A DNA stretch of 64,000 nt from an uncultured bacterium (lineage in GTDB: Bacteria; Patescibacteriota; Patescibacteriia; Patescibacteriales; UBA12465). How positions within the stretch are numbered: the stretch's first letter is position 1; each line of letters starts with the position of its first letter. Shown piece by piece: positions 7,844 through 15,521 of the stretch. The stretch is taken from contig OW818634.1 in NCBI GenBank assembly GCA_942492765.1, forward strand, positions 665,159 to 729,158. Reading direction: 5' to 3'. The position numbers and the translations under genes were made by a program. The notes below the pieces were generated by a model. It ran no database searches. It saw only the letters and a list, made by a program, of their open reading frames with translations, and was not told where the DNA came from.

Positions 7844-9046
7844 TTATTCGCCAATTTCAATTTTGTTTAAATCAGAATTTTTTACACCAAGACCTAATTT
7901 TCTCATAGCATTATAAGCCTCAGCTCCATCCTTTAAATAATGAGCTACGCCATTAAAATCAATATAATAAGCTTGCCCCTTATCTTCAACCTTTAGTAAA
8001 ATTTTACCACTTTGTTTTTTGGCTAAATTTTTGTTCTTCTGTATTTTTTCTAAATTGCTATTTGTAATACCAATTCCAAATTTTCTCATAATATTATACG
8101 CCTCCTCGCCATTAGCCATATAATATCTTTTTCCGTCTTTAGGATTAATATACCACGCTTCACCGTGAGATTCTGTTTGTAATAATATTTTACCCTTCAA
8201 CCTTGAAGATAGTTTTGTATCAATTTTAATATCACTACTAGTTGCCTTATAAGACACAGTACTAATACTAATTTCTTTTACACATTTTCCATTATCTAAT
8301 TTAAAACCATTAGAACAATGACAACCATATTTATTGCCATATGAATTTTCCCCTTGCTGAAACTGACAATATTCATTGTAGCTAGTGCATTTATTATTAA
8401 AAATAATATACCCATCGTTACAAGAGCAAGAATCCTGTCCCTCGTTATAATATGAATTACTTCCGTAATTAGCTATACAGGAATTATTATTTAAAATAAT
8501 GCTTTGTTTATTTAAAGAATCTAACTTCGCTTGATAAACGAGGTCATTAATCTTTTGTAAATTATCGGCAGATTGCTGTTTTTGCAACTTCTCGTCACTC
8601 ACACATTCATCATATTTGTCTTTTAATTCAGAATATAAATTTATAGCATTTCTACACGCCTGCAGTCTTAAATTGTAGTCGTTAGTAATACCAGCAACAT
8701 AAGAAGTACTGGCACTACTAAGCACGCCTCCAGCTCTTTGTCCAATAAGCCCTTTAGCATTACTAATAGCTCTCTGAGCCTCTACTTGCAGTGCTGAATA
8801 CTGATATTCCGTACAAGAAGCTACGGGATAATTACATTGACTACCGGTATCGAAACACTCATCTGTAGTATAATAACCGACGCTGCTGTCTTTCCATCCG
8901 TCATTACACACAACGCTTCCATCCAAATCAGCCCCATAAGAGCAATTAACACCTAAATGGGAAGAGCACGACCCACTTGTAGCATTGCTTACATTAGGTA
9001 AAAAAATAAAAAAACCAACTAACGCCAACAAAAAATATTTTTTCAT
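7844..9046 (-). CDS. Secreted Cys-rich protein with two C-terminal ~50-aa tandem repeats
   Basis: Signal-like 'MKKYFLLALVGFFIFLPNVSNA' (ATG at 9046; the track start at 9064 is TTG). Many Cys in the N-terminal and central parts, with a coiled-coil middle. Repeats are 'GKILLQTESHGEAWYINPKDGKRYYMANGEEAYNIMRKFGIGITNSNLEKI' and 'GKILLKVEDKGQAYYIDFNGVAHYLKDGAEAYNAMRKLGLGVKNSDLNKI'. Confidence 0.7.
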   Translation of the reverse strand: MKKYFLLALVGFFIFLPNVSNATSGSCSSHLGVNCSYGADLDGSVVCNDGWKDSSVGYYTTDECFDTGSQCNYPVASCTEYQYSALQVEAQRAISNAKGLIGQRAGGVLSSASTSYVAGITNDYNLRLQACRNAINLYSELKDKYDECVSDEKLQKQQSADNLQKINDLVYQAKLDSLNKQSIILNNNSCIANYGSNSYYNEGQDSCSCNDGYIIFNNKCTSYNEYCQFQQGENSYGNKYGCHCSNGFKLDNGKCVKEISISTVSYKATSSDIKIDTKLSSRLKGKILLQTESHGEAWYINPKDGKRYYMANGEEAYNIMRKFGIGITNSNLEKIQKNKNLAKKQSGKILLKVEDKGQAYYIDFNGVAHYLKDGAEAYNAMRKLGLGVKNSDLNKIEIGE

Positions 9047-9268
9047 AAAATACAAAATTATCAAAAAAGGTCTCCCGAGACGGTTAACACACCCTTTCGG
9101 ATATGCGCCTAGATAGCGAAAACCGGTCAGAAGACCATCTCTGCTATCTAGGGCTTAAACCATGCCTCAATAAATTAAGGTTTAGGTCTATCAATTGTAC
9201 TTAAAATTTACCAAAAAATGGTTAAAAAGTCAATTTATATTTTGCACTGATTATGATATACTATATAA

Positions 9269-10264
9269 ATGCAAGTTTTTCTTGATTCCAATATATATCT
9301 AAACTATCTTAGTGGGACGGCCGATTCAGAGGCTTTCCCTAAACTTTTGAAATTAGTAGAAGAAAAAAATGTCTCATCCATAATAACCCAACAAGTCATA
9401 GATGAGTATTTTAGAAATTACACATTTATTAAAAATGAAAAAATAAAGCAAATTACGTCTAAAAAAGACTTAGATCTAAGTTCTATAAAATACACTACTT
9501 TAAAATCTTTTACTGCTGAATTTAAAAAGATAAAAAGTCAATTTGAAAGGAATATTGCTAACCAAAAAAAGAATATTAAAAAAGAAAGGCTGATATTTAA
9601 AGAAAGAGAAAATAATATAGAAAAATTATTTAAAAAATCCCATTTAATTGAAGAAACTGAGGAAATATTAAAAAAAGCCGAAAGGAGATTTTTAAAAGGT
9701 AATCCACCCAGGAAAAAGAAAGAAAGAAATGACTCTTTCGGGGATGCTATTAATTGGGAATCTTTAATTTTATTAAATATAAATAAAAGGCCTAAAGATA
9801 ATATTGTAATAATTTCTTGTGACGCTGACTATACCGAAGAATTGTATGGAGAAATAAAATTAAACTCACTTTTATTAAAAGAGTGGAAAGCAATATCGAG
9901 AAAAAAAATTAAGATTCTTTTAACAATAGGTGAATTTATTAATGTTTTTTCTAAAAAAGAAGTTATAAAAAAGAAAGTAATCAAAACAGAAAAGGCAAAT
10001 ATTATGGAGGAGGCTCTTATTAGAAGAAGCCAACATTTGGGGCAAATAAAAGATTATACTAGAGCTGTTATATCAAAATTGTCACCAAGAGAACAAAAAA
10101 TTTTAGAAATGAGATTCGGTTTAATTGACGGTGTGCCCCATACCTTAAATGAGGTTGGACAAGAATTTGAGGTTAGTGGACAAAGAATACGTCAAATAGA
10201 ATCTAGGGCTTTGGAAAAAATAAGAAAATTTAGAGAATTTGATGATATTATAACTGATTTTTAA
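9269..10264 (+). CDS. PIN-like (DUF4935-type) nuclease domain fused to a sigma-70 region 4 helix-turn-helix
   Basis: N-terminal '[12 protein letters not shown]', 'VIDEY', '[24 protein letters not shown]' and 'ISCDADY' give the PIN-like acidic residues. C-terminal '[50 protein letters not shown]' closely parallels RpoD region 4.1-4.2. Confidence 0.7.
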   Translation: MQVFLDSNIYLNYLSGTADSEAFPKLLKLVEEKNVSSIITQQVIDEYFRNYTFIKNEKIKQITSKKDLDLSSIKYTTLKSFTAEFKKIKSQFERNIANQKKNIKKERLIFKERENNIEKLFKKSHLIEETEEILKKAERRFLKGNPPRKKKERNDSFGDAINWESLILLNINKRPKDNIVIISCDADYTEELYGEIKLNSLLLKEWKAISRKKIKILLTIGEFINVFSKKEVIKKKVIKTEKANIMEEALIRRSQHLGQIKDYTRAVISKLSPREQKILEMRFGLIDGVPHTLNEVGQEFEVSGQRIRQIESRALEKIRKFREFDDIITDF

Positions 10265-10346
10265 TTTTTCAAAATTTCTGCCCACTTCTCAATTTCTCCA
10301 ATAATCTGATTAAAATTTTGAGAAATATCAGACTTTAAGACTACGT

Positions 10347-10380
10347 AAAAAAGAGTTTGTTAATTAACAAACTCTTTTTA
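10347..10380 (+). terminator. Intrinsic terminator (palindromic, could act in both directions)
   Basis: AAGAGTTTGTTA (10351-10362) / TAACAAACTCTT (10365-10376), perfect 12-bp stem flanked by A4 and T5. Confidence 0.65.
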
Positions 10381-10384
10381 TTAA

Positions 10385-10665
10385 GAAAAAAGCCCTTCCG
10401 GAGAATAGGGCTTTAGTTTGTGAACCTCTGTCCAAGTTAGTTTGTGCTGAAGTTCTTGTAGGAAGGTTTAGGCGTTGGGCTCAATGCTGAGGCCCATAAA
10501 GTATGAATCTTGCAGGTGTTGTCAGTCTCTCCAGAAACTATCTTTTTAGACAATCCTATAACCTCGGCTAGTTATAAAGTACGAAACTTTTTATCTAGTG
10601 GATTTGGCCTGTTTCCTTGGGGGCGAAGCCACTTGGCGGAAATCACTATTGTATTCTTCCTTCCT
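10385..10665 (-). ncRNA. Orphan ~280-nt transcription unit (candidate ncRNA or small-peptide mRNA), family unknown
   Basis: Bounded by the promoter at 10672-10700 (minus) and a terminator hairpin AAGCCCT/AGGGCTT (10390-10396/10407-10413) followed by U6 on the minus strand. No minus-strand ORF of 60 aa or more. No tmRNA, RNase P, SRP or tRNA motifs were recognised. Confidence 0.4.
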
Positions 10666-10671
10666 AATAAA

Positions 10672-10700
10672 ATTATAAATCTAGCCTCAAAAAAAGTCAA
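10672..10700 (-). promoter_or_regulatory. Near-consensus sigma-70 promoter of the orphan unit
   Basis: Minus strand: TTGACT (10700-10695), exactly 17 nt, TATAAT (10677-10672). Confidence 0.55.
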
Positions 10701-10857
10701 TAAAATTAAAATCATCTAAAAACTCTCGTCAATTTCTTCTAAAACACGCGGATTATGGTAGGTTTTTTAGCCTATTGATACAATAATTAAGCGTATTGGG
10801 CTATAATATTTAATATAACAACCTTTAGAGCGACTAGATAAATAACTAACTAACTAT

Positions 10858-11343
10858 ATGATTCGCAGAATACAAAGAGCGGACTATACTGAAATGGTTA
10901 AGCTGATTAAGGAGTTTATGGTAGACTATAATGCCAAGTGGGTGTTTAAAGGCGTGCAATCAGATTACATGAAGTATAAAGATGTCAGCACCTTGATTTC
11001 TAAAGGAGCAAAAAAAGATTGTTACAATAAATCCACGAAAAGAGTAATTTTTGTCTTTGAAGAAAACCATAAACTATTAGCCTATATCTCTGGCGAGATA
11101 AGAACCGATAAAGAAAAAACGATATCTCCAGTCGGCCACATAGACGATTGGTTCGTCAGTAAAAAATATCGTGGCAAAAAAATTGGAACACAGCTTTACA
11201 ATCAAATGATGAGATTTTTTAAAGAACACGGGGCAAAAATAGTTACACTAGGAGTATTTAATCAAAACAAAGCCGTCTATAAACTCTACGAAAAAATGGG
11301 GTTTCAGCCCCTGGAGACGACCATGTTAAAACGCCTAAGATAA
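10858..11343 (+). CDS. GNAT-family N-acetyltransferase
   Basis: 'IDDWFVSKKYRGKKIGTQLYNQMMRFFKEHGAKIVTLGV...LYEKMGFQP' gives the acetyl-CoA motif A (R/Q-x-x-G-x-G/A) and the C-terminal 'YxxxGF'. Confidence 0.8.
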   Translation: MIRRIQRADYTEMVKLIKEFMVDYNAKWVFKGVQSDYMKYKDVSTLISKGAKKDCYNKSTKRVIFVFEENHKLLAYISGEIRTDKEKTISPVGHIDDWFVSKKYRGKKIGTQLYNQMMRFFKEHGAKIVTLGVFNQNKAVYKLYEKMGFQPLETTMLKRLR

Positions 11344-11347
11344 AAAA

Positions 11348-11385
11348 GACCCGCAACATTATGGTGTTGCGGGTCGCATTTTTGT
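11348..11385. terminator. Bidirectional intrinsic terminator
   Basis: GACCCGCAACA (11348-11358) / TGTTGCGGGTC (11365-11375), perfect 11-bp stem with an A-run upstream and a T-run downstream. It lies between convergent genes. Confidence 0.7.
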
Positions 11386-11416
11386 AAGAACTAAGATTAC
11401 CAAGTAAAGGTTTTCT

Positions 11417-12271
11417 CTACCAATCTAATTGTACGGCATTTTTCAGATCCTGTTCGCTTATGTCCAAATGACTGTCGCTTGACGTCACATGTTTAGGTAT
11501 GAAGACGGTCTGATGGAACATGCCCTTAGGGTCAGTATATGAGGCTTTTAGATAGAATTGGCCGATAGGCGTTTCTATCTTTCCCTTTGATATCCCGCCA
11601 CGGCTGCCCTTGGGGCAGGATAAGGAAATAGATTCTGGTTGAGAGCTCACGTATATTTTGTATTCCTGAGCTGTCAACATGATTTTTAGCGCATTCTTTC
11701 CTTTCAATGGCTTGTTGGATAATCTCTTTATATCCGCGTCTGATATGCGGCATACAGTTTCATGGGCGGAGAATCTTTTGCGGATTTCCGCATATGGCCA
11801 TATCGACTGATCTTCGCCATTTCCTTCCTTTATCCCGATACCTAACACCAACTCTCCTTTAGGATCGTTAATGTAGTTCACTGAGTCAGAGGCGGAGAAT
11901 TCCAAACCTCGACCCAGGACGGAAAAGATTTTGAAAGAGATAGAACCCTTGTAGATCAGTTTTATCTGTCCGGACGGATTTCTGAGAGTTTGTGAAGTTT
12001 GTCCGTCAGCTGGGCTGATAATAATCAGATTGCTCGCAGGTACTGCCTTGGCGACAGAAAATTTGATAGTTCCATCAGCGGTTTCACATTTGATTAGCAC
12101 GGCTGATCCGGTAGCCGAGAAAGCTTGTACCCCGTTATTCGGGATAGTAGCTGTCTGCTCGTTGATAGTTACTTTAAGTGTTTGGCCGAAGCCGTTCGAC
12201 ACTTTAACTTGACTGAAAGCAGCGGCGCTGCACATAGTCAATATTACCAAAGAAAAAATAAATTTTCTCAT
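11417..12271 (-). CDS. Hypothetical secreted protein
   Basis: Signal-like 'MRKFIFSLVILTMCSAAAFSQ'. The body looks beta-rich. No known motifs recognised. Confidence 0.6.
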   Translation of the reverse strand: MRKFIFSLVILTMCSAAAFSQVKVSNGFGQTLKVTINEQTATIPNNGVQAFSATGSAVLIKCETADGTIKFSVAKAVPASNLIIISPADGQTSQTLRNPSGQIKLIYKGSISFKIFSVLGRGLEFSASDSVNYINDPKGELVLGIGIKEGNGEDQSIWPYAEIRKRFSAHETVCRISDADIKRLSNKPLKGKNALKIMLTAQEYKIYVSSQPESISLSCPKGSRGGISKGKIETPIGQFYLKASYTDPKGMFHQTVFIPKHVTSSDSHLDISEQDLKNAVQLDW

Positions 12272-12431
12272 TTTCAGATTATTTGGTTTATGTTTTAGTT
12301 TTTAAAGGATGAGATTATCATTGAAGATAATCAAAGTATTGTATCAATAAATCTAGTTTTTGTCAATAACTAGAGCAGGTATTTGCCTACTAGAATAATT
12401 TAGCTAACATTAAATATAATTAATATACAAA

Positions 12432-12453
12432 AGACCCGGCCTGCGCCGGGTCT
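12432..12453 (-). terminator. Intrinsic terminator of the permease gene
   Basis: AGACCCGGC (12432-12440) / GCCGGGTCT (12445-12453) with a 4-nt loop. A U-rich tract follows on the minus strand. Confidence 0.6.
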
Positions 12454-12485
12454 TTGAGATTATGATGAGAACACAATGATATTGT

Positions 12486-13451
12486 CTATTTCAAGACCAG
12501 ATTGAATAAATAGCCGGTAAAGATGATTCCAACCCCGACTATCGAAGCGAAGATGATGATCAGTTTAGTCTTCATGATTCTTTTTAGGATAAAGAATTCT
12601 GGCAAGGACAAAGCGGTGACTGCCATCATGAAAGCTAGGGTTGTGCCGATAGCGACGCCTTTTTCAGTCAGGGCGCTGATAAGAGGGATGATTCCGGCCG
12701 CGTTAGAATAAAGAGGGATGCCGATCAGCACTGCCAGCGGCACGGCATACCATTTATCAGCTCCGGCATATTGCGCCAAGAAATCAGCCGGTACATAGCC
12801 GTGTATCCAAGCGCCGAGTCCGACGCCGATAATGATATAGGGCCAAACCCGGCCGATGATATTTAAAGCATAGTCTTTGGCATAAGCGAGGCGATCTTTC
12901 CCATTTAGTTTTGGCTGGCTATAAACATCATTCTTAGATTTATTTTTCCAGACAAAATCGGCGACTAGACTTTCTACTTTTAGGCGGCCGATTATGAGTC
13001 CGGAAATTATGGAGATAGCTAGGCCGCTGATGACATAGAGGGCGGCGATTTTCCATCCGAATAAGCTAAATAGCAAGGCTAAAGCGACTTCATTGATCAT
13101 GGGCGAGGAAATCAGAAAAGAGAAGGTGATGCCTAGAGGGATACCAGCTTCGACAAATCCTAAGAAGAGCGGAATGGCCGAGCAAGAACAGAAGGGGGTG
13201 ATTATGCCGATCATGGCCGCCAAGATATGGCCAGTCAGCAAACGCTTCTTCGCTAAGAATGACCGGACTTTTTCCGCTGGCAGGTAAGTCCGGATGAAAG
13301 AGATAGCGAAGATGATTATAAATAGGAGGAGGAATATCTTTAAAATATCGAGAATGAAAAAATTGAGCGCATCTGCTAAGTGCGTGCCTGGTTGTATCTG
13401 GAAGAGGCGATAAACGAGCCAGTCGGCTGATATTTGAAGAAGATGAAACAT
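12486..13451 (-). CDS. ArsP/DUF318-type permease (predicted metal(loid) transporter)
   Basis: Multi-TM protein with 'ITPFCSCSAIPLFLGFVEAGIPLG...SSPMINEVAL' (Cys-x-Cys motif of the YraQ/ArsP family). Start moved to the ATG at 13451; the track start is TTG. Confidence 0.65.
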   Translation of the reverse strand: MFHLLQISADWLVYRLFQIQPGTHLADALNFFILDILKIFLLLFIIIFAISFIRTYLPAEKVRSFLAKKRLLTGHILAAMIGIITPFCSCSAIPLFLGFVEAGIPLGITFSFLISSPMINEVALALLFSLFGWKIAALYVISGLAISIISGLIIGRLKVESLVADFVWKNKSKNDVYSQPKLNGKDRLAYAKDYALNIIGRVWPYIIIGVGLGAWIHGYVPADFLAQYAGADKWYAVPLAVLIGIPLYSNAAGIIPLISALTEKGVAIGTTLAFMMAVTALSLPEFFILKRIMKTKLIIIFASIVGVGIIFTGYLFNLVLK

Positions 13452-13564
13452 AATTTTGCTGTTTAGTACTAATATGATAGCTCTATCGGCGCGGGGAAGC
13501 AAGGCGCAATCCGTTTCTTAATTCCGGATTTTAATGCTATAATTGCTTAATAAATACACTTCCT

Positions 13565-14380
13565 ATGAAAAATAAGATAAAAAATCGCAAGACAGTCGGC
13601 TTAGCTCTAGGCTCCGGCGCTTTTCGCGGCTTTGCCCATATCGGCGTGCTCAGATCCTTGATCAAGCATGGCATTCCGATTGATTATTTGAGCGGAGCCA
13701 GCATCGGCGCTTGGGTAGCGGCTTATTATGCCGTCTCTCAAGATGTTAAGAAAATGGAGGCTGAATTGGCTGCGAATCCGGTCGATAACTTGCCGATGTT
13801 CTTTGATTTCAGCCTGACGGGCGGCTTTATCGGCGGCGACAAAGTCAACGGCGTTTTAGAAAAAAGCTTGAGGCATCATAATTTTTCAGAATTGAAGATA
13901 CCGCTCAGCGTGGTCGCGACCGATCTCGTCAGCGGACAGCCTTATATTTTTAGGACTGGCGATGTCGCTCGGGCGGTTCGCGCCAGTATTTCCGTGCCGC
14001 TCGTCTTCAAACCATTGCCGCATAAGGGGACATTGTGCGTTGATGGCGGGCTTAGCAATCCGGTGCCCTGCAATCTAGTTCGTGACATGGGCGCGGATAT
14101 CGTTATCGGCGTTAACCTGTATCATAAGAATGAGTTTGTGGATAGGAAATTCACGATGCCAACAGTCATATTGAGAAGTACGCGTATCGTTCTTCATAAT
14201 CTAGCTAAAGCTGATATCAAATTAGCCGACATAGTCATCGAGCCGGATGCTTCAGCTATCGTCAAGGAACAGGGGTTCCAAAAATATTTTACTAAAGCCA
14301 ATGTCGACAGCCTTATTCGGATCGGCGAACAGGCGACGAATAGGGCTATCCCCAAGATTAGGAAATTATTAGCCGCCTAG
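13565..14380 (+). CDS. Patatin-like phospholipase (RssA-like)
   Basis: 'GLALGSGAFRGFAHIGVL' (GxGxxG oxyanion), 'LSGASIGAWVAAYYA' (GxSxG Ser), and 'VDGGLSNPVP' (catalytic Asp). Confidence 0.85.
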   Translation: MKNKIKNRKTVGLALGSGAFRGFAHIGVLRSLIKHGIPIDYLSGASIGAWVAAYYAVSQDVKKMEAELAANPVDNLPMFFDFSLTGGFIGGDKVNGVLEKSLRHHNFSELKIPLSVVATDLVSGQPYIFRTGDVARAVRASISVPLVFKPLPHKGTLCVDGGLSNPVPCNLVRDMGADIVIGVNLYHKNEFVDRKFTMPTVILRSTRIVLHNLAKADIKLADIVIEPDASAIVKEQGFQKYFTKANVDSLIRIGEQATNRAIPKIRKLLAA

Positions 14381-14386
14381 GACTTT

Positions 14387-15424
14387 ATGAGATACAGATT
14401 ATATACAACTTCGCATAAAGCCTGGGACGCTATGTTCAGGGCAATGGCGTCCGCGCAGAAGTCCATCTATATAGAGATGTATATCTTTCTGGGTGATACG
14501 CAATCAACTCATAATTTTCTTAAACTCTTGAAAGAGAAGGCGCTAGCCGGCGTCGAGGTCGTAATTATTGCCGACGCTTATGGCAGTAATTCCCTGAAAC
14601 CGGAGGCGATTGCGGAGATGCGTGCGGTTGGCGTAGAATTCATTTATTTTTCCCATTGGTTCCGACACACGCACCGTAAGATAGTTATCATCGATAATAA
14701 GATTGCTCTCATCGGCGGCGTCAATATCGAGGAGAAGACGCGAAATTGGCGCGACCTGCAGATCAAGCTCCAGGGCAAGATCATCAAGCCGCTTCTAAAA
14801 TCATTCGCTTATGCCTATGAAATGACTGGCGGTAAGAAAGAATCTATCCTGAAATATAGCCGCTTGCCGCTCGTCCAGAAGATAAAATCCTGGATAACCG
14901 ATAATTTTGATATTACTCTCGGCGGTTATCATCTCAATGAATATTATAAGAAGAAGATCGTCGGTGCGAAAGAATCTATCCAGATGGTCACCCCCTATCT
15001 CCTGCCGCCGCGCTGGATGCTCGCTCTCTTAGATGACGCCTGTCGCCGCGGCGTCAGAGTAGAGATACTTATACCGGATGATACTGACGTCAAGCCCCTG
15101 AATAAGGTGAATTATCTGAATTCTTGCCGGATGGCGGCCTATGGCGTCAAGTTCTATCTTTTGCCAGTCATGAATCACGCCAAGATAATGCTGATCGACG
15201 GCGTCGAGGGCGTAATCGGTTCTCAGAATATGGATGTCTTGTCCTTTAATTGGAATATCGAGGCCGGCGTCTTCTTCCAGCAGAAGCAGCTGGTCGCCGA
15301 TATGGAGAAGATCATCGAGCACTGGAAGAAGGAATCGGTTCCTTTCGAGGCTGCCGGCAAAAAGATCAAGCGGCGCGACCGCATCCTGATAGCGATACTT
15401 AAGATCTTCTATCCGATATTCTAA
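14387..15424 (+). CDS. Phospholipase D / cardiolipin-synthase-like protein (two HKD motifs, no N-terminal TM)
   Basis: 'HRKIVIIDNKIALIGGVNI' and 'HAKIMLIDGVEGVIGSQNMD' HKD motifs. It starts 6 nt after the patatin gene. Confidence 0.8.
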   Translation: MRYRLYTTSHKAWDAMFRAMASAQKSIYIEMYIFLGDTQSTHNFLKLLKEKALAGVEVVIIADAYGSNSLKPEAIAEMRAVGVEFIYFSHWFRHTHRKIVIIDNKIALIGGVNIEEKTRNWRDLQIKLQGKIIKPLLKSFAYAYEMTGGKKESILKYSRLPLVQKIKSWITDNFDITLGGYHLNEYYKKKIVGAKESIQMVTPYLLPPRWMLALLDDACRRGVRVEILIPDDTDVKPLNKVNYLNSCRMAAYGVKFYLLPVMNHAKIMLIDGVEGVIGSQNMDVLSFNWNIEAGVFFQQKQLVADMEKIIEHWKKESVPFEAAGKKIKRRDRILIAILKIFYPIF

Positions 15425-15434
15425 TATTTTCCCT

Positions 15435-15470
15435 CAAGCCTGAGCGTTCCGCGACAGGCTTGTTTTTTTT
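15435..15470 (+). terminator. Intrinsic terminator after the patatin-PLD pair
   Basis: CAAGCCTG (15435-15442) / CAGGCTTG (15455-15462), followed by T8 (15463-15470). Confidence 0.7.
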
Positions 15471-15521
15471 GGTCCTTTCGGCTATAATGAACCTATTAAT
15501 TTTTTAATATCCTTGAATCAC

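Larger units (their letters stand above)
4687..11390. mobile_element. Putative integrated element at the tRNA-Glu 3' end (serine recombinase + HUH Rep + cargo); right boundary not defined (about 10.85-11.4 kb)
   Basis: The region is visibly AT-richer than both flanks and starts directly after the tRNA. The recombinase ORF terminates inside the tRNA. It holds Rep, origin-like hairpins and accessory genes but no housekeeping genes. Confidence 0.5.

Noticed and set aside
10385-10665. Identification of the orphan RNA as SRP RNA, RNase P RNA, tmRNA or 6S RNA.
   Set aside because: None of the conserved strings I know are present: the SRP GGAAGCAGCC-type loop, RNase P GAGGAAAGTCC, or the tmRNA tRNA-like end. 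The 8-bp end-pairing (10459-10466/10659-10666) is within chance expectation. Its class is therefore left unknown.
10510-10719. Plus-strand 69-aa ORF in the 10.4-10.7 kb spacer.
   Set aside because: It has a TTG start and no SD, and it is antisense to a unit with a near-consensus promoter and terminator. The translation is not protein-like.
4615-11390. A direct repeat of the tRNA-Glu 3' end marking the far island boundary, and a prophage interpretation.
   Set aside because: I scanned the intergenic regions by eye (7.7-7.85, 10.27-10.86, 11.34-11.42, 12.27-12.49 kb) and found no copy of GGTTCGATTCCCC. Serine integrases need only ~2-bp crossover, so absence is not informative. No capsid, portal, terminase or tail gene is present, so I do not call it a prophage.
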